Below the pieces are notes generated by a model. That model did not search any database, was not told the origin of the DNA, and saw only the letters and a list, made by a program, of their open reading frames with translations. The position numbers were made by a program, and so were the translations under genes. Positions 50,354-64,000 of a stretch of DNA of 64,000 nt are shown here, piece by piece; the first letter of the stretch is position 1; each line of letters opens with the position of its first letter. The stretch lies in NCBI RefSeq assembly GCF_964204865.1, contig NC_135262.1, positions 15,128,001 through 15,192,000 of the forward strand, in the 5' to 3' direction. The DNA is from Styela clava. Taxonomy: Eukaryota.

Positions 50354-53351
50354 ATACGCCAATGAGAGTACTAAATAACAATAGGACTGAATGGAAATAA
50401 ATAAAAACTTTATGCACAAGACTGCTTATTGAAGGTCTATTAATGCGATATCATAAAATGTTATATTGAGCATCAGACTGAGATTTGACCAGGAAATTTG
50501 TTGTGTATGGCGTAACTTAATGTACGTATCATTTTTAAAATAGAAGTTTTCTGATTGTGTAATAAAGGCCAATGCCTTAAGCAGAAAAGGCTTAAATATA
50601 AAATGAAAATTTGGGGCACGATTCTTTCCTCAAGTACATACACAAGTACAGTTATAAAGTACAAAGTACTTCGGAATGTTAATCATATATACTATATTGT
50701 TATGGGGGTTTAAGTTCAGTTTTAAACCAAAGATGCTCAAGCTGAAAATGGCAATTTTTTACCTCCATTAATCATTTATCAGTTAATCAGTTATTCGTAC
50801 TCTATTTATGCGATGGTTCAAAAATCTTGAACCGATAGTAAAGTTTCGACTCTTGCTGTTCCTCTGGTCATGACTCGTTGCTTGAAATAACATCGTCTCT
50901 CAATTCTTTTGACACACCAACCGAAACAAAAATACTTTACTCGATTCGTTTTTTCACGGATTTAATTACGTGATTGGTTTCACTTGGTCCTTCCATATAT
51001 TCGAATATTACTTCACTTTCAATGTATATTTTAAGATTGTAGCGTTTATATGAACTGCGATATAAATAACATATCATTTTCTGTCATGCTGTTCCATCTG
51101 GAACGTACTAAAATAGAATTCATAACTAACATTATTTCCACGGGTCATCCAGATCTCGGGAAAAATCGCAATACAAACCTGCGAAGTAAAAAAATTCGAT
51201 TTAAAAATGATCACTTATTAGAAGAAACTTTACCACTGAACTCCCTTAGATTCAATTGATCATTATCTTCTTAACATAAACGCAAAAAAAATTGTTGGTA
51301 TTGTAACATTTTACTGAAGACTCTTTTAATGTAGAAAATGCGACTAATTCACAAAATCTTTCACTTTCATGTGCTGTGGTATAAAGTTGCACTGTGAGCG
51401 CTATTAATCTAATCTGACCCAATCAGACCGAGCATTTAATTTTCTTGAGTGGGTTATCTTGGACACTTTTAATGCGACATTAATATAGATTTTCTGTTTA
51501 CAATATAGTGCGCATTAAATTAATGGTATATATGGTTTTCCCAAACATTTTGTAGTTGCTTCAACAATCCTTTTCAAGTTTGAGAAAGTCTTTCGAGACA
51601 GAATTGTAAGCGAGCACACATTAGGTAGTTGAATACTTCCTGTACCCTATACAAAGAAACCCAAAACTTAATTTATATTCATTTGAAACTCCAAGACAGA
51701 CCAGCTGAAGCGCAGAAATGGAACGGCGATATTTAACTTGTTACTGTTATCACAGGAGTGGCGAACTTCACTAGAAACCTGTTCAGATAGCATATGGTAT
51801 AGAAATATAATGTAAACATGAATATAAATGAAATAATAGACATGAAAATCATCATAAGTTTTGGAATCACATATTCAAAGTAATTAATCAGGTCGTGTAT
51901 AGAACCTATTTGATGATGAATGAATAAATTCAACACCCATACAGCACGAACTGCCTCTGAGTCATGTTATGGAAGAGATATAAGATCGAGGTGGAGCCAA
52001 AAAAGTTGCAGTTTCAATCAGAATCGTTTTCACTGCTCTGGAATGAAAATTGGTTGAAATAAAGACAACCGAATCTGACAGCGCATGTAAATATACAATT
52101 TTCGTTGAAATAGGATCCGACATAGTTGGGCACGTTGGTGCGATTCAGGCTCGAAGCTACGAACGAGGAACCGGGAGTGGGGTATCGATTACAACATTTT
52201 AAGATTTAAACCTTGAAGTCTTGAAAGTATTTCGAAGGCTATCAGTAATTTAAATGTTTATGTACTTTGAAACTACATAAAAAATATTTAATTTAAAATT
52301 ACCGACAATAGTCAATTGCTAATGAAATAATATTGATACGCTTTATATTAAACATATTGCCAAACTACGGTTTTGATATGTGCCTTGCTTATGTGCATAG
52401 ATAAAGACAATATGCGCAAAATTATTAGATTAAGTTAGGGCATTGAGAATAAAATCAATTGTGAGGTCAGGAATCAAGCTTTCCAAACTCTATCTTTAGT
52501 ACAAATGTGATACATTACATTATTCTTGTGAAGTATTAGACTTGGATGATGCGATTATTTGGTGTCTAGGCCTTTCCTACAAAAACATTTGGGTGAACAA
52601 CCGATTTCATGCAAACTTATTGTAGGTTTATTCGCGATTCATTGCTGTTATCTGTGTCAGAATATATTACAAATATGGTATAATTAGTTATTTAATGATA
52701 TATTGCAGCATAAAATAAAATAAAAAAGGAACAATCAATGAATTTTTGCTTAGTGAAATTTTTGGAACCTTTTTTGCTTTACTAAGCGCTTTATATGAGG
52801 ACGAAATAGCGGTTTGGAAACTCTCAACTGCAATCTAAATTTTTTGTCTGTCAGTCTTGACTTGTATCGATTTCGGGGGTCGTCATTTCACTCGGCGCGA
52901 GCTCCGCTCGGCTCGGGTGTTCGAGATCCGAATTTCCGTTCGAATACCGCACCATTTTTGACAAGAGTTTTTTGGTCGACTACCGGGGTATCACTGCTGT
53001 ACAATCAATTTTTATCATATTTATATACTAAAATAAATTGTATTCTTCGCTATTTTATCCCAGATCTAGGGAGTTTTCTAACGGTGATGTCTTAAAAAGA
53101 ATCTTGGGTGGTAGCATTGAGATAGAAGCGAAGTCAGTATTGCAAAAAAAAAACAGATTAAATTTGTATAATTCGTAAAATCGCCAAATACGTATCGAAA
53201 CTAAATATAATCCGGAAGTTTGAAACGCTTTTTTATGGCCGTGGATTGCCGTGATATTTATTAGTAATGTTTCTATTTTGTCGACGCAACCGCAGGTTAC
53301 ATTGAACACACAATTAAATTAATAAAGAAGGACATTATGAATAGACTCCTA

Positions 53352-53627
53352 CAATGTTCCCTCTAATTTCTTGTAGTATGTGTGCGCAGAAATTTTGATG
53401 TGTGCGCACTTTTTTGGAAATGGCTAATATTTGTGCAAAAACCAATGAAGAGATTTTGGCATTCTAACCGGGTAATGGGTGGGCCAACAACAAACTTTCT
53501 CAACCTGCCAACCGAGAAAATTGTTACATTACATCGAAATACGTCTGTGTGCAGTAAATCTATGCGTGTGCGCAGCCTCTGAAAGCTGTGTGCGCGCGCA
53601 CACGCGCACACCTTAGTGGGAACACTG
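53352..53627. mobile_element. hAT (Tip100-like) MITE
   Basis: CAATGTTCCCTCTAA...TTAGTGGGAACACTG with perfect 8-bp TSD GACTCCTA. Confidence 0.88.
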
Positions 53628-53829
53628 GACTCCTATTAGTCGTCAATTGAATACTTTATTACCCAACAACATGACATAACAGAAAAAAAACGTTACTCGG
53701 CGAAAACGAGACCCGACCTGCCCAATTGCGGCGAAAGTTGCATGGCGATTCCTGGATTCCGGATTATGGCATTTTGTGTCGGGTTAATATGCAAAATTCT
53801 TGTCAATAATGCTTCAGATAAGTATTTCG

Positions 53830-54071
53830 GGATTCTTTGTACAATGCCCCCGCCATGAAAAAAACACCACCGTCTTTAGAAATTCTAAATAATCCAGTTA
53901 CGGTTTTAGGGTGAGGGCTAGGAATGCAGATTGCGTCGGGAATTCAAATTCTTAAATTATTTCGAACCCGAACCGCAACTGGATAATTACCAATTTGTTA
54001 TTTCGGAATATGATGCTTTTCTCAAATTTCACATTTTTGCATTAGTGACGGGGGCGTTGTACAATAGATCC
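53830..54071. mobile_element. MITE with GG-terminal TIRs and 8-bp TSD
   Basis: GGATTCTTTGTACAATGCCCCCGCCA...TGACGGGGGCGTTGTACAATAGATCC with perfect TSD GTATTTCG. Confidence 0.85.
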
Positions 54072-57000
54072 GTATTTCGAAAGCCTTCGAATATATGAAT
54101 TGATAAACAAGTCCATACTGCGACAATTGACCGATTTTCAAAAAGTGATCATTTTTTTCGAAATCTTCCATTGTTTTAATCATTGAGCTGAAGTTATAAA
54201 CTTTTTGTTACTTTCAAAAATACCGTGTATCGTGCCACAAATCATTACAATTTCACAAACTAAGGTTACCCCTTCTCCATTAATTTTTACGCGTTTGCCG
54301 TTACTCCCGTAGCGTGTGTACCAGGGAAAATCCCCTCATATTTTATTGAGTCATAAGATTATTTTACGTCACGTCATGAGTGTGGTTTAGTCCATGAGTC
54401 ATTAGGACTAGTAAGCTGTTATTTCCCTTTTCATAAATTTCCCTTTCCTTAGTTTAGTAATTTTACCATTTCCCTGGGTATCGGTTCTTCACATAATGTA
54501 ATATTTTGGTTTTTGAGCGCCCGTTTGCCGACAACACAGCGTAACTATGCTAAAACAATGGTCATTTTGATTCATTGTTGAAAGTATCGATGATCCAACA
54601 GAAATAGATGTTGATTGGAAATAGCGTTGCCAGTAATATTAATAAAACTGACACTCCCATTTTCTCTGTACAGTCGCTAAAAGTTTATGACTTCAAACCA
54701 AACAACACTAAATACACTAAATCGCTAAATGCATCGGGAGCCGCACGAAATTCTTGGGCGTGCCGCAGGTTCGTCACCTCTGCTTTAAATGGAAGTGGTC
54801 CCTCTCCTACAAAAAGATCTGTGAGAACAACTGATTTGATGCACACTTTTTGTAGGTCACTACGACTAATTGCCGTTTCCAGAATATAAAATAGGTATAG
54901 AATATACTCTACTCTGTTACGAATACCAATCGTATTTTATTATTTATTCGACACCGCATTCGACACAGTGGCAATCACGAGTGATATCGGCTTAACCTAT
55001 CCATCCGCAAAATTTTTTCTCACAAACGGCATCAAATATTTTTCGACATATCATTATTCATTCATTACGGAGTGATTGTAGTTTGAAGAATCTGCGCTTG
55101 ATTACAGAAAAGTATTTTTAATCTTTACTTAAAATAGGAAAATAAATTTATTCTGTTTCAAGTATTTCTATTCTCGGGCTATCAAGCTGCATAAAGAAGC
55201 AATGTTTGACCCTTATTTGACAGGCTTCTAGTTGCGAGTCATTGTCTTCTGAGTCGCTCCTGCTTTGCTTGACGTGACGTTTTTCCGACAAAAAGGTGGA
55301 AACAGGGTCATTTTACCTATGAACTCAAATAGTATTGTTAAAATTGAAACAAAATAGAAAAAATATATAGAAAAAGTAAAGTATAAAATCTAAAAAATAT
55401 TGCCAGTTTCAATCTAATCATTGTCATCATGTGTAGCATTTTCTTGTTCCTGAAATAGTTTTTAAACAGCGCCCGGTTCATAACGTATTCAGCGTAGAGC
55501 GCTGTTCAATAGTTCTCCACGCAGCTCCCGAACGTAATTTATATATGTCCCATGTTTGTCCCAACTTCGCTTATATTACACGTTATATTAGAGTCTACAT
55601 CCGTTTCTACCTATTACCTTATCTTTCCATTCATTGTATCGACTTTCTAAGCATGTCATTTTTGCGAAACTTGTTGCTACTAATTTGACTATAAAGAGTC
55701 AGCAATGTAAGAATAATAACTCACATCAGGAAAATTACAATACCCAATCCCATATTTATCCGTGGGAACGTTGTTATGTTTGCTTAATCACATAGTTAAA
55801 ACTGTACCTAGGGTATTTTCGTGCAGGTTTTCTCAAAGCACAAGCAAATAGATTATGATTGAGGAATTGCAAGTGAACTCTGTCAGCCTATAATCTCTGA
55901 GAATACATTGATGCTAGATTATGAAATTATGGAAAGTCGCAGAAATACCAGCTCCTATGCTACAATCAAGGAATAAATGTTTAGGTAAAGTATAGCTGAC
56001 TGTTTTTTATTTGCATTTTTAGCGACTGGCATACTATATATACCAATTTCATGGATATTTGTATATGTTGAAACAAATCACAAAAAATTGGATCTGATAG
56101 ATCGCCACAAGCTATATTTTACCGGATGTATCCTTATTCTTGAAGATTTATAAATGGCAGTTGTTGATTTAAGTGAGTCTTGTAACGAATAAAAAGCGAC
56201 AGCAATTGATTTTTCGAAATTTAGCCATATTGAAGTGCGATATTTTGGATTTTGTGCCGAACAATGAGTATAGTACAAACTTGCCTCGCAGTATATGTAA
56301 GAATACTACAAAAAGACTACCCGGAAGGTCATATAAGAGTAGTATAGAGTATAAATTCGAGTGCTGAGAAAGTTCAGAGGAAATGGCGCAAATTTGAGAG
56401 TACTGGTTATCGAGATCAATTTTATCGATATTGGGATTCGAGAGAAATGATCCTAGGATTTGAATATTTATAATGAGATAGGGTGTTGCAGAAGAAGCCA
56501 TTAATAAAATTTTACTGAATGCTCCTGGTTCAACAAACAAAATAATGGGCTGTTTAATTATTTTGGCGCAAGCTAATATTGTTCGTGGGTTAAGAGATTT
56601 GATGATTCCTGGTGAGTTGTAATATTTGCGTTGAAGATAACAATAATTTCAAAAATTTGATGAAGATCAACAGAGAAATATTTACCGAGGCTTGAAGATA
56701 TACATGACATGACAGGATCATTGAAAGGTTTCAACATAATATTGCACAAAACGTTTTCAATATATTTGCAAGAAATTTGTTCATAACCCAATCTTACCAA
56801 GAAAGTACTCATTTATATTTGGCGATTAATTGTTAACAAACACCTCAGCAAACAACAACTCTTTTTTTTTGTCTGATGTTGTGAAATGAGACGGGACGGC
56901 GTAACGTACTAAATCAATAAATATGGTTCATGATCTTTCAACTTTCTGGTCATAAAAAAGTATAGACGCGGGACTGGAACTATTGGAACTATTTTATTTG

Positions 57001-57624
57001 AAAAATTCAAAAACTTTTGGCGAGAGTCGGTCATCTGTTGTGCAGTGGTCACCTGTTAATTCGATGTAAAGTTTGAAACGTTTCGTAGTCGACAACTTGT
57101 TGTAGCTCTTTATTTTAATGCTTATAGCTCGTATATAGATAATGTAGAAAGGAACTTGTTGAAGAAGAAGTGGCGAATATATGCAGACAAGAAAGCGGAG
57201 AACAATAGTTTTAAATAATTACACTGCGTCATTTTTTATTATATTAAATTTATACTCAATGCTGTGTTTCTAAGTATAGAATCATGTTCTGCGTTACTGA
57301 GATTCACGCGAAATATCTCACATACATGACATGAGTCACATTTACCTTGCGAAGGATTTCCCCTACGCGATTTGATGATCCGAAGGTCAATATTGAAGAG
57401 GAAACTTACAGAAATGTCCGAATCAAATGTTAATAAACGAATTTATCAACATTTAAACTTATTCTGTTTAAAATATTATCTTAAAAATTAAATAAATATA
57501 CAAATTCATTAACTAAAAACATTATTAAAAATAAAATAGTATTTAGCTCAAATTTGATAGTTGCTGTATAGTCTTAACTTGTTGTAAATCTCCAAAAGTA
57601 GTAATCAAAGAAAACAATTTGAAG

Positions 57625-60600
57625 ATGGATGAAAGTACCAATAAATACAATACGACAAACGCGTAAGTATTCTTTTTATTTCATTTTATTCATTTTTTTC
57701 ATATATTAGTAATGGGTAATTAGTAATAAAATCATACATTGGTAATAATATACGAAAGTAAAGTATGTTTGCCATTTTCTACGTAGGTCTTCGTTTGATA
57801 ATTATATTGGTATTTCTATAAACTTTTGAGTAAATAAATAACATTTTGTTTTGATTTCTTAAGAAACCATGTACGACCCTTCGGCAAAAATGGAGCAATT
57901 GCATCGGCCGTTTTTCTTTTGCCCATGTCAGTTTTTGGATTGTTCGCGAACCTCATCACTATAATCGTGATTACAAGATCAAAAAAGCTCTCAAAGTAAG
58001 AAAAATGTCGTGGAATATGTTTCTTGTAATTTTTTTTATTAAATAATGAATAGGTATAATCTAGCGCTTTCATTAAAAAAGAGATATCTGCAAAGCGAAA
58101 GTTTGTTACGGACAGTTATAGGACACGAAACAGACATATGCATTGTTATTTAAAATTGATGTTGTTATTGTTCGTGTTGGGGCTGCTGTTGATGTTCAAC
58201 AAAAAAATCGTTTTTCTGCGAAACTGATAGAGCAATTGATTTAAAAAAAAATAGAGGAACGCTACTATGTCATTTTTTATACCTTCTGTGACCATTTTTT
58301 CAGTTCGAGGAACACTGTTGTATGACATTTGGTACTCACCTTTATATGACAGCTGACGCAAATTTTTCAGCATATCGCAGAATTTCTGCAAACATTGCAT
58401 TTTGTTATTTGACGTTTGTGTCCATATTTGGTACATACCTTTACATGACATCTGGCGCGAAACTTTCAACATCTTGCAGATTTTTTGCTAACATTACATT
58501 TGTCATTCGACGTTTGTGTCCATATTTGGTAAACACCTTTACATGACATCTGGCGCAAATCTCTCAATATATCGCATGGTTTTTGCTAACATTACATTTG
58601 ACGTTTGTTTTCTTATTTGGTATACACCTTTATATGACATCTGACACGAATCTTACAACATATCGGAGAATTTTTTCTAACAATGCAGTAGTCATTTGAC
58701 CTTCGTGACAGCATTTAAGATTTACTTTCAGATCTGTGTTCAATCTCATGATCGTCAGTCTCTGCGTTTCTGATTTAATCTCTGCAATTATCAGCCCTTT
58801 ATCTCTTCATAGACGAACATTGGGATATGACCATTGGTTATTGCCAGAATTTTTTTGCAAGGTAATATATTTTAGAGGGTAATATGGGTGACTTTACATG
58901 GTTTGACGTGGATTAAGATTACTGTTCTAAAATGACAAGCAATGAACAATTAAAGCTAAAGAAGACATCCCGATTGAAAGAAAGCATTTATGTGGACAAA
59001 CTCATACATTATGCATGTTTAGCAAAAATATACTGCGCACTTTCTCAACAATATAATTTGAAAATGGACTTTGTGGAAATATTTTGTTTAAGATTTTAGT
59101 TGTGAAAATGCCATTCTGTTACGCATTGTGTTGTTTTGATCTGCGGGGATAAATATTTTTGAATAATCTTGAATATATATATAATAATATATTCAATAAC
59201 AAATGATTATTTAAGATATATGGTAGAATACAAAAATCCGATCATATAAAATTACTTGAAATATTTTGTTAGTGCAAAACGCTGTTGCGTATACGTTTTT
59301 GCAAAAATGACATTGACAAGAAGTAAACCTCACAAAGTGAAAGTGAACTGAAACTGATCTTGACTGATGATCAAGAACTTACCTACATGATTCCTCAGGT
59401 CTAATACGATTGTAAACCCTGGTTTCTAGTAACTTGATTACACGCGACTCCGCAGTGCTTGGGGTAAAATATTACATTTTGCAGTTGTTCTGGGCAGCTG
59501 ACCATTGGACATCTTACGTAACGTCATTGCACATTTTATTATTTGCTTGTATTCGATTGGCCTCTGTAAAATCACCAACAAAATATGAACGAATGAAGAA
59601 TAAATACGTCAAGGTGAGTTGAAATTGTTACTCAATTATCAGCATCTCCCGAACTTAACTAGTCAAAATTATTACAACACGCCGCCCACCGAGTGAATAT
59701 GTCGCTGTAGTGGATATTGCCTGAAAAATTATTTTCAAAAGGTATTCTGTTCCTTTACAACCTTTTATTGAATGTAATAAAATAATACTTATTTTTTTTC
59801 CTGATTGTATGACAAACAGGCTATTGTTGGCGTAATATGGTCCGTAGCTTTTGGATGTGGATTCATTCCAATGTGGATTTGGTTCGGCGTAAAAGCATCA
59901 GATCGACCTATTGATGGCCACGGTACAAATTGGCCTGACTGCACATTATATTATGAAAGGTGCTCGAGGGTTTTCTCATTTTCTGAGTAAATCAATGATA
60001 TGACTATATTATCTTTCTTCAAATATTATTTTTATTTTCAGAATTGAGCAGTTTCAAGTGTATGTAAAAATTGCGTACACAACTTTCTTTTATATCCCCA
60101 TGGTTGCAATCCTGATTATTTCTCCATCTATTGCTATAATCATAATGAAACGAAGGAAAAATAGATTACAAAGAAGAAATATTGACGGTAATGTTCTAGT
60201 TTTGTTTGAATTAAGACTGTAACACTACGTAAACATATCAGCCATAGTTGCAAATAAATGTTCATATATCTGTAAAGTTAAACAGCTATCTGTATCCGTT
60301 CGCAAACCGCCCCAGTAAATATAAATTTTTATATGATTTAACTTTTCTATTCATCTTGATGAATATATATAAAAACTTACATACACGACCATCTACATAT
60401 TTCAATACTTGCACACTGCAAACATGTACATTTGCATACTTGCAATCTTGTACACTGACACACGAACTTGAATACATACATTGCAATTACGCATTATATC
60501 GGATCTTTGAATTTTAAAACGAATGATTACAACTTTCAGGTGTAAATGCATGTCCAAGTGAATTTGAGGTGAAAAGTCAAAAAAAGGAAAACAGTGCAAT

Positions 60601-61418
60601 TGTACAACTGGCTGTGATTGTGGGTTCTTATATGCTTGGATATATACCTAGTTCAGGTATAATGAACCGCTGTATAAATTACATATCAAATATTAAAAAC
60701 GAAAATATAATCATGATTGCAATCTCATTTAGCTTACTTATTGTACGCAACTGCTGCACCTCAGTCAACATTACAAGAACAGATATTTCATTGGAATTTT
60801 GGGACTATTTCTTATATTCTTTTACGGTTATCAGAATGTTTGAATCCAATATTCTACAATGTTGCATCGAGGTATTATTTTTCAATATATTGAACAAAGT
60901 AAAAATTGTTGAACGCAGTTTGCCCAGGTTTAAACACAAATTGGTATTTTCTTAAAATTATAGTGATTACATTTTGACAGACAATTCGAATATCTTCGAA
61001 TTAATAATTCAGCTTGGCAAATTTTTGTTATCATCCCCGGAACGTGTAGAGACATAACATTATAATTATGTATTACTCATTCTAAACTATATTGGTCGTT
61101 TCGGTGATTACCGTCGTTATGATTATGCTACACTGACTGTTCCTACATTGTCCATTTATTCATATAATAAAATACGTATATGAACGCATTATGCTACGAG
61201 GTGAAACTGGTTTATATACGGAGTGATGTTTATCACGTGACAAATGTTTATCACGTTGCCCTATTGTTAATGCAAATGAATTTTTCAGCAAAATGAGAAA
61301 AGAGACGAAATCGTTTCTACGAAGTCCGGCTAAGAAGTGTTGTTCAAGAAGCACAAATGTTCATTCAGTGTCGAGCTCGTCTGTTGTGAATTCACCAAGT
61401 AGAGGAATCAAGCTGTAA
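57625..61418 (+). CDS. class A orphan GPCR, copy 4, 9 coding exons
   Basis: Exons 57625-57662, 57864-57995, 58732-58861, 59485-59613, 59820-59959, 60042-60187, 60540-60656, 60733-60871, 61289-61418. Same phases and motifs as copy 1. Confidence 0.88.
58320..58705 (+). repeat. ~98-bp minisatellite, ~4 units, intronic, behind a HINE-like end at 58118
   Basis: TTTGGTA.[AT]CACCTTTA.ATGACA recurs at ~58328, 58427, 58525 and 58616. Confidence 0.85.
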
Positions 61419-62220
61419 AATATTTATTTTTCAAGAATTGACCCTGATAAAATTTTACATAAATCACGATTAGTAGCAGAGCAATACCGTACACATACAG
61501 AATATTTGCGTTATTTCTTCAGTAATTCTCAGGTAGTAGTATTAAGAGGTTATGTTTAATTTTTCTAAAAATTATTTACAGTTCGGATATTTCCCCCTTC
61601 GTTATCAATAATTCTTCTATTTTTATTTGAGAGTCTAACTGGAAAAAAACCGACAGTTCTATTGATATTTTTTACCAGTACTATAGTATATAAATCAGAG
61701 GACATATGTAAATATATATACATAAAACTTAACAATAGTTAATTAGAGAAATATAGGCACATTAACACAGAAAGGTGTCGTTATTTTTTCGCGTTTTCGA
61801 ATTTTCATGCTTTTGGAGCTATTTAATAGTGTTAGATTGAAACGGTTTACTTGATGTATTCCTGGTTGCAATTTTGTTCATTGAGCTGAATTATTTAGCC
61901 TATGCTGAAAAATGTATATTCAAATAAACTAATAAAGAATTCATTCTGAATTAGATAAACTTGAGCGCACAACTATTTAGCAATCAATACCAGAAGTGCG
62001 AGAATTTATACACATGCAACTACCCCATAAATTTGAACGTGGAATGCATGTTACTAATTTCTTTTATATAATGTTTGGAAACAGAACAAATGCCATCATT
62101 CCAAAGAGCACATTTTGCACCATTCATATCTATAGTTAAATTGGATTTAGCTACCAATAAAATTGCAGCATGATATAATAAAAATTTCACAGTAAAAAAT
62201 ACTGTGCGTGGGAACAAGAC

Positions 62221-62455
62221 GGTACTTCCGAAGTATGGGAACCAAGATTGCGGACATCGGAAGGTAGTATGTGTACCTGGTTAGAGTTGGGCCATAATTC
62301 CAGGTACAAATACTACGGGACTCACTTGGCTAGTCACCGAACTCGTAATGGAACTAAAATAAGGAAAATTGAAATAAAATTATGACCTGACCCTAACCTA
62401 GTACGCATACTACGTTCCGGTGTCCGCATCTTGGTTAAAATACTTCGGGAGAACC
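62221..62455. mobile_element. palindromic MITE, same family as 45926-46145 (opposite orientation)
   Basis: GGTACTTCCGAAGTAT...ATACTTCGGGAGAACC with 8-bp TSD AACAAGAC/AACATGAC. Confidence 0.85.
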
Positions 62456-63201
62456 AACATGACTATCGCACATTTATTTCTATTTTGGACGTGGAATTCT
62501 ACAAATAAAGCGAGATACAGAGACTTGATACATTTACAAGTAATTTCCAGATCCAAAAGCAAACAAACTTTATTCCATTTAGTTAGAGATTTGACACTTT
62601 CAAATGAGTTCTCGTGACATTGACAGGATATTGGTATCTCGAGTTATCCTGTCTTTGAAAAATATTTTAATACAACTGATTACGTGGAAATATATTAGTC
62701 ACCTGAACGTTAATTAAAATTAATGATTTGGTATAGGAAGAATTGCTCCGACAATGAGGAAGTGCTATTGACTAAGTCCCTCAGTTACGCCCCTGGTTAA
62801 GAGAAGTGACTTCTGGTAATCTTTACCAAATTATTATTTCATCACCTGATATGTTAAAATAGAGATTTACATTTCACTACAAACAAACAATTGTATGCGC
62901 GCTAAATTCAGAAATGAGTATATATCACGAGTATAGTACAAACTTGCCTCTGAAGTATATATGAGTAAACCACAGAAAATACCACCCGGAAGGTCTTTTA
63001 TGAAAAATATAAAGTATAGATTTGAGTACAAATAAGTTTATAGGATATAAGATACAAAAGGGCGGAAATTTGAGCAAACTGGTCATTTGGAATGGGATTC
63101 GAGAAAAAAGATTTCGCGCCTGCAAAAATGTGAATATATATGAGATCAGATGTTGTGGAACAATCCACCAACAAAATTTTTGCCGAATTCTTTTGACACA
63201 C

Positions 63202-63275
63202 CAGGGGTGGCCAGCACGTAGATCGCGATCGATTGATCGATCGTCACGTCTTGAGTAGTCGATTGTCTTGAACCA
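63202..63275. mobile_element. hAT-like terminal fragment
   Basis: CAGGGGTGGCCA followed by GATCGCGATCGA/GATCGATCG subterminal motifs. No partner end was identified. Confidence 0.45.
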
Positions 63276-64000
63276 GTTTCGTACAGCGCCTATCGTGCGT
63301 TTTTAAAACAGAACGAATGTAGTACTGTATATGTGCAAAATACGATATACACATGCAGCAATTGGGTATGGACAAGCTCGATAGAGCATATTATTTATTA
63401 CGTAACAAATCGTCACGCTAATAACCGGATTGCGTAAGTCATTTTAGCAGTTTTAAGAAAAACGTAAAAAACTTCCTATGATACTGTTATGTCATTGGGA
63501 GTCAATAATTTTAATCAATAATTTACGACGTCTAATCTAAAAAATAGCTAATCTGTTTCAATTACATTATTTTTTTATGTTTAAAACTCGCTCTGCACAC
63601 TCACCGAATTAAGACTAAGATTAAATATAAAGAATGAAACAGCAATGCATCCAATATAAAAGCCACCCAAGGTGAATTGGTTTAGGACGGTGAATATCAC
63701 AAGTGCACGTCTTCCTATACTGTAGTATAAATTCAAATTTATAAGCGCTAAGCTAGAATCCGAGATGCAAAAACTCGAAAATACTTCGCCGATGTTACTT
63801 TGCCTTTGTGACGTCACAATAGTCCTGTGATATCAATGATAATTCATTATGACGAAACAATTGCACAAATGTCCAATACAATACAAAATTTCCATTTTTA
63901 TGAGTTTCAGAATTCTTAAAATAAAATCGGAGTTAACAGACAGGTGCGCAGCATTACATAAATACCTATTTTATAGAAAACTTGAAATCGCCAAAAATGA

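Overview
AT-rich, intron-containing animal genomic DNA. It is most likely an ascidian/tunicate, which is an inference from gene architecture and repeat style only. Left end, minus strand: an intronless paraplegin gene (SPG7, 748-2874) followed 550 bp downstream by the start of WDR3/UTP12 (ATG at 198, missed by the ORF track). Each ATG has a splice acceptor just upstream, so the pair is a candidate SL trans-spliced operon. 3.6-27 kb is a transposon graveyard. It holds a 4.5-kb Mutator/Foldback-type element (4658-9188) with a 9-bp TSD, ~950-bp TIRs built from 166-bp subrepeats and a PHD-finger/partial DDE transposase ORF; the element sits inside a tRNA-derived SINE and carries a second copy of that SINE. 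It also holds a full-length but disabled Mag-like Gypsy element (14294-18905), two LINE remnants, a probable Academ remnant, many MITEs with 8-bp TSDs, and an abundant HINE/DINE-1-like repeat family. 28.7-61.4 kb holds four tandem, apparently intact, 9-coding-exon class A GPCR paralogs on the plus strand. They have non-canonical DRY/CWxP motifs, two share a GC-AG intron, and all end in I-x-L. No CRISPR, rRNA or true tRNA genes were seen.
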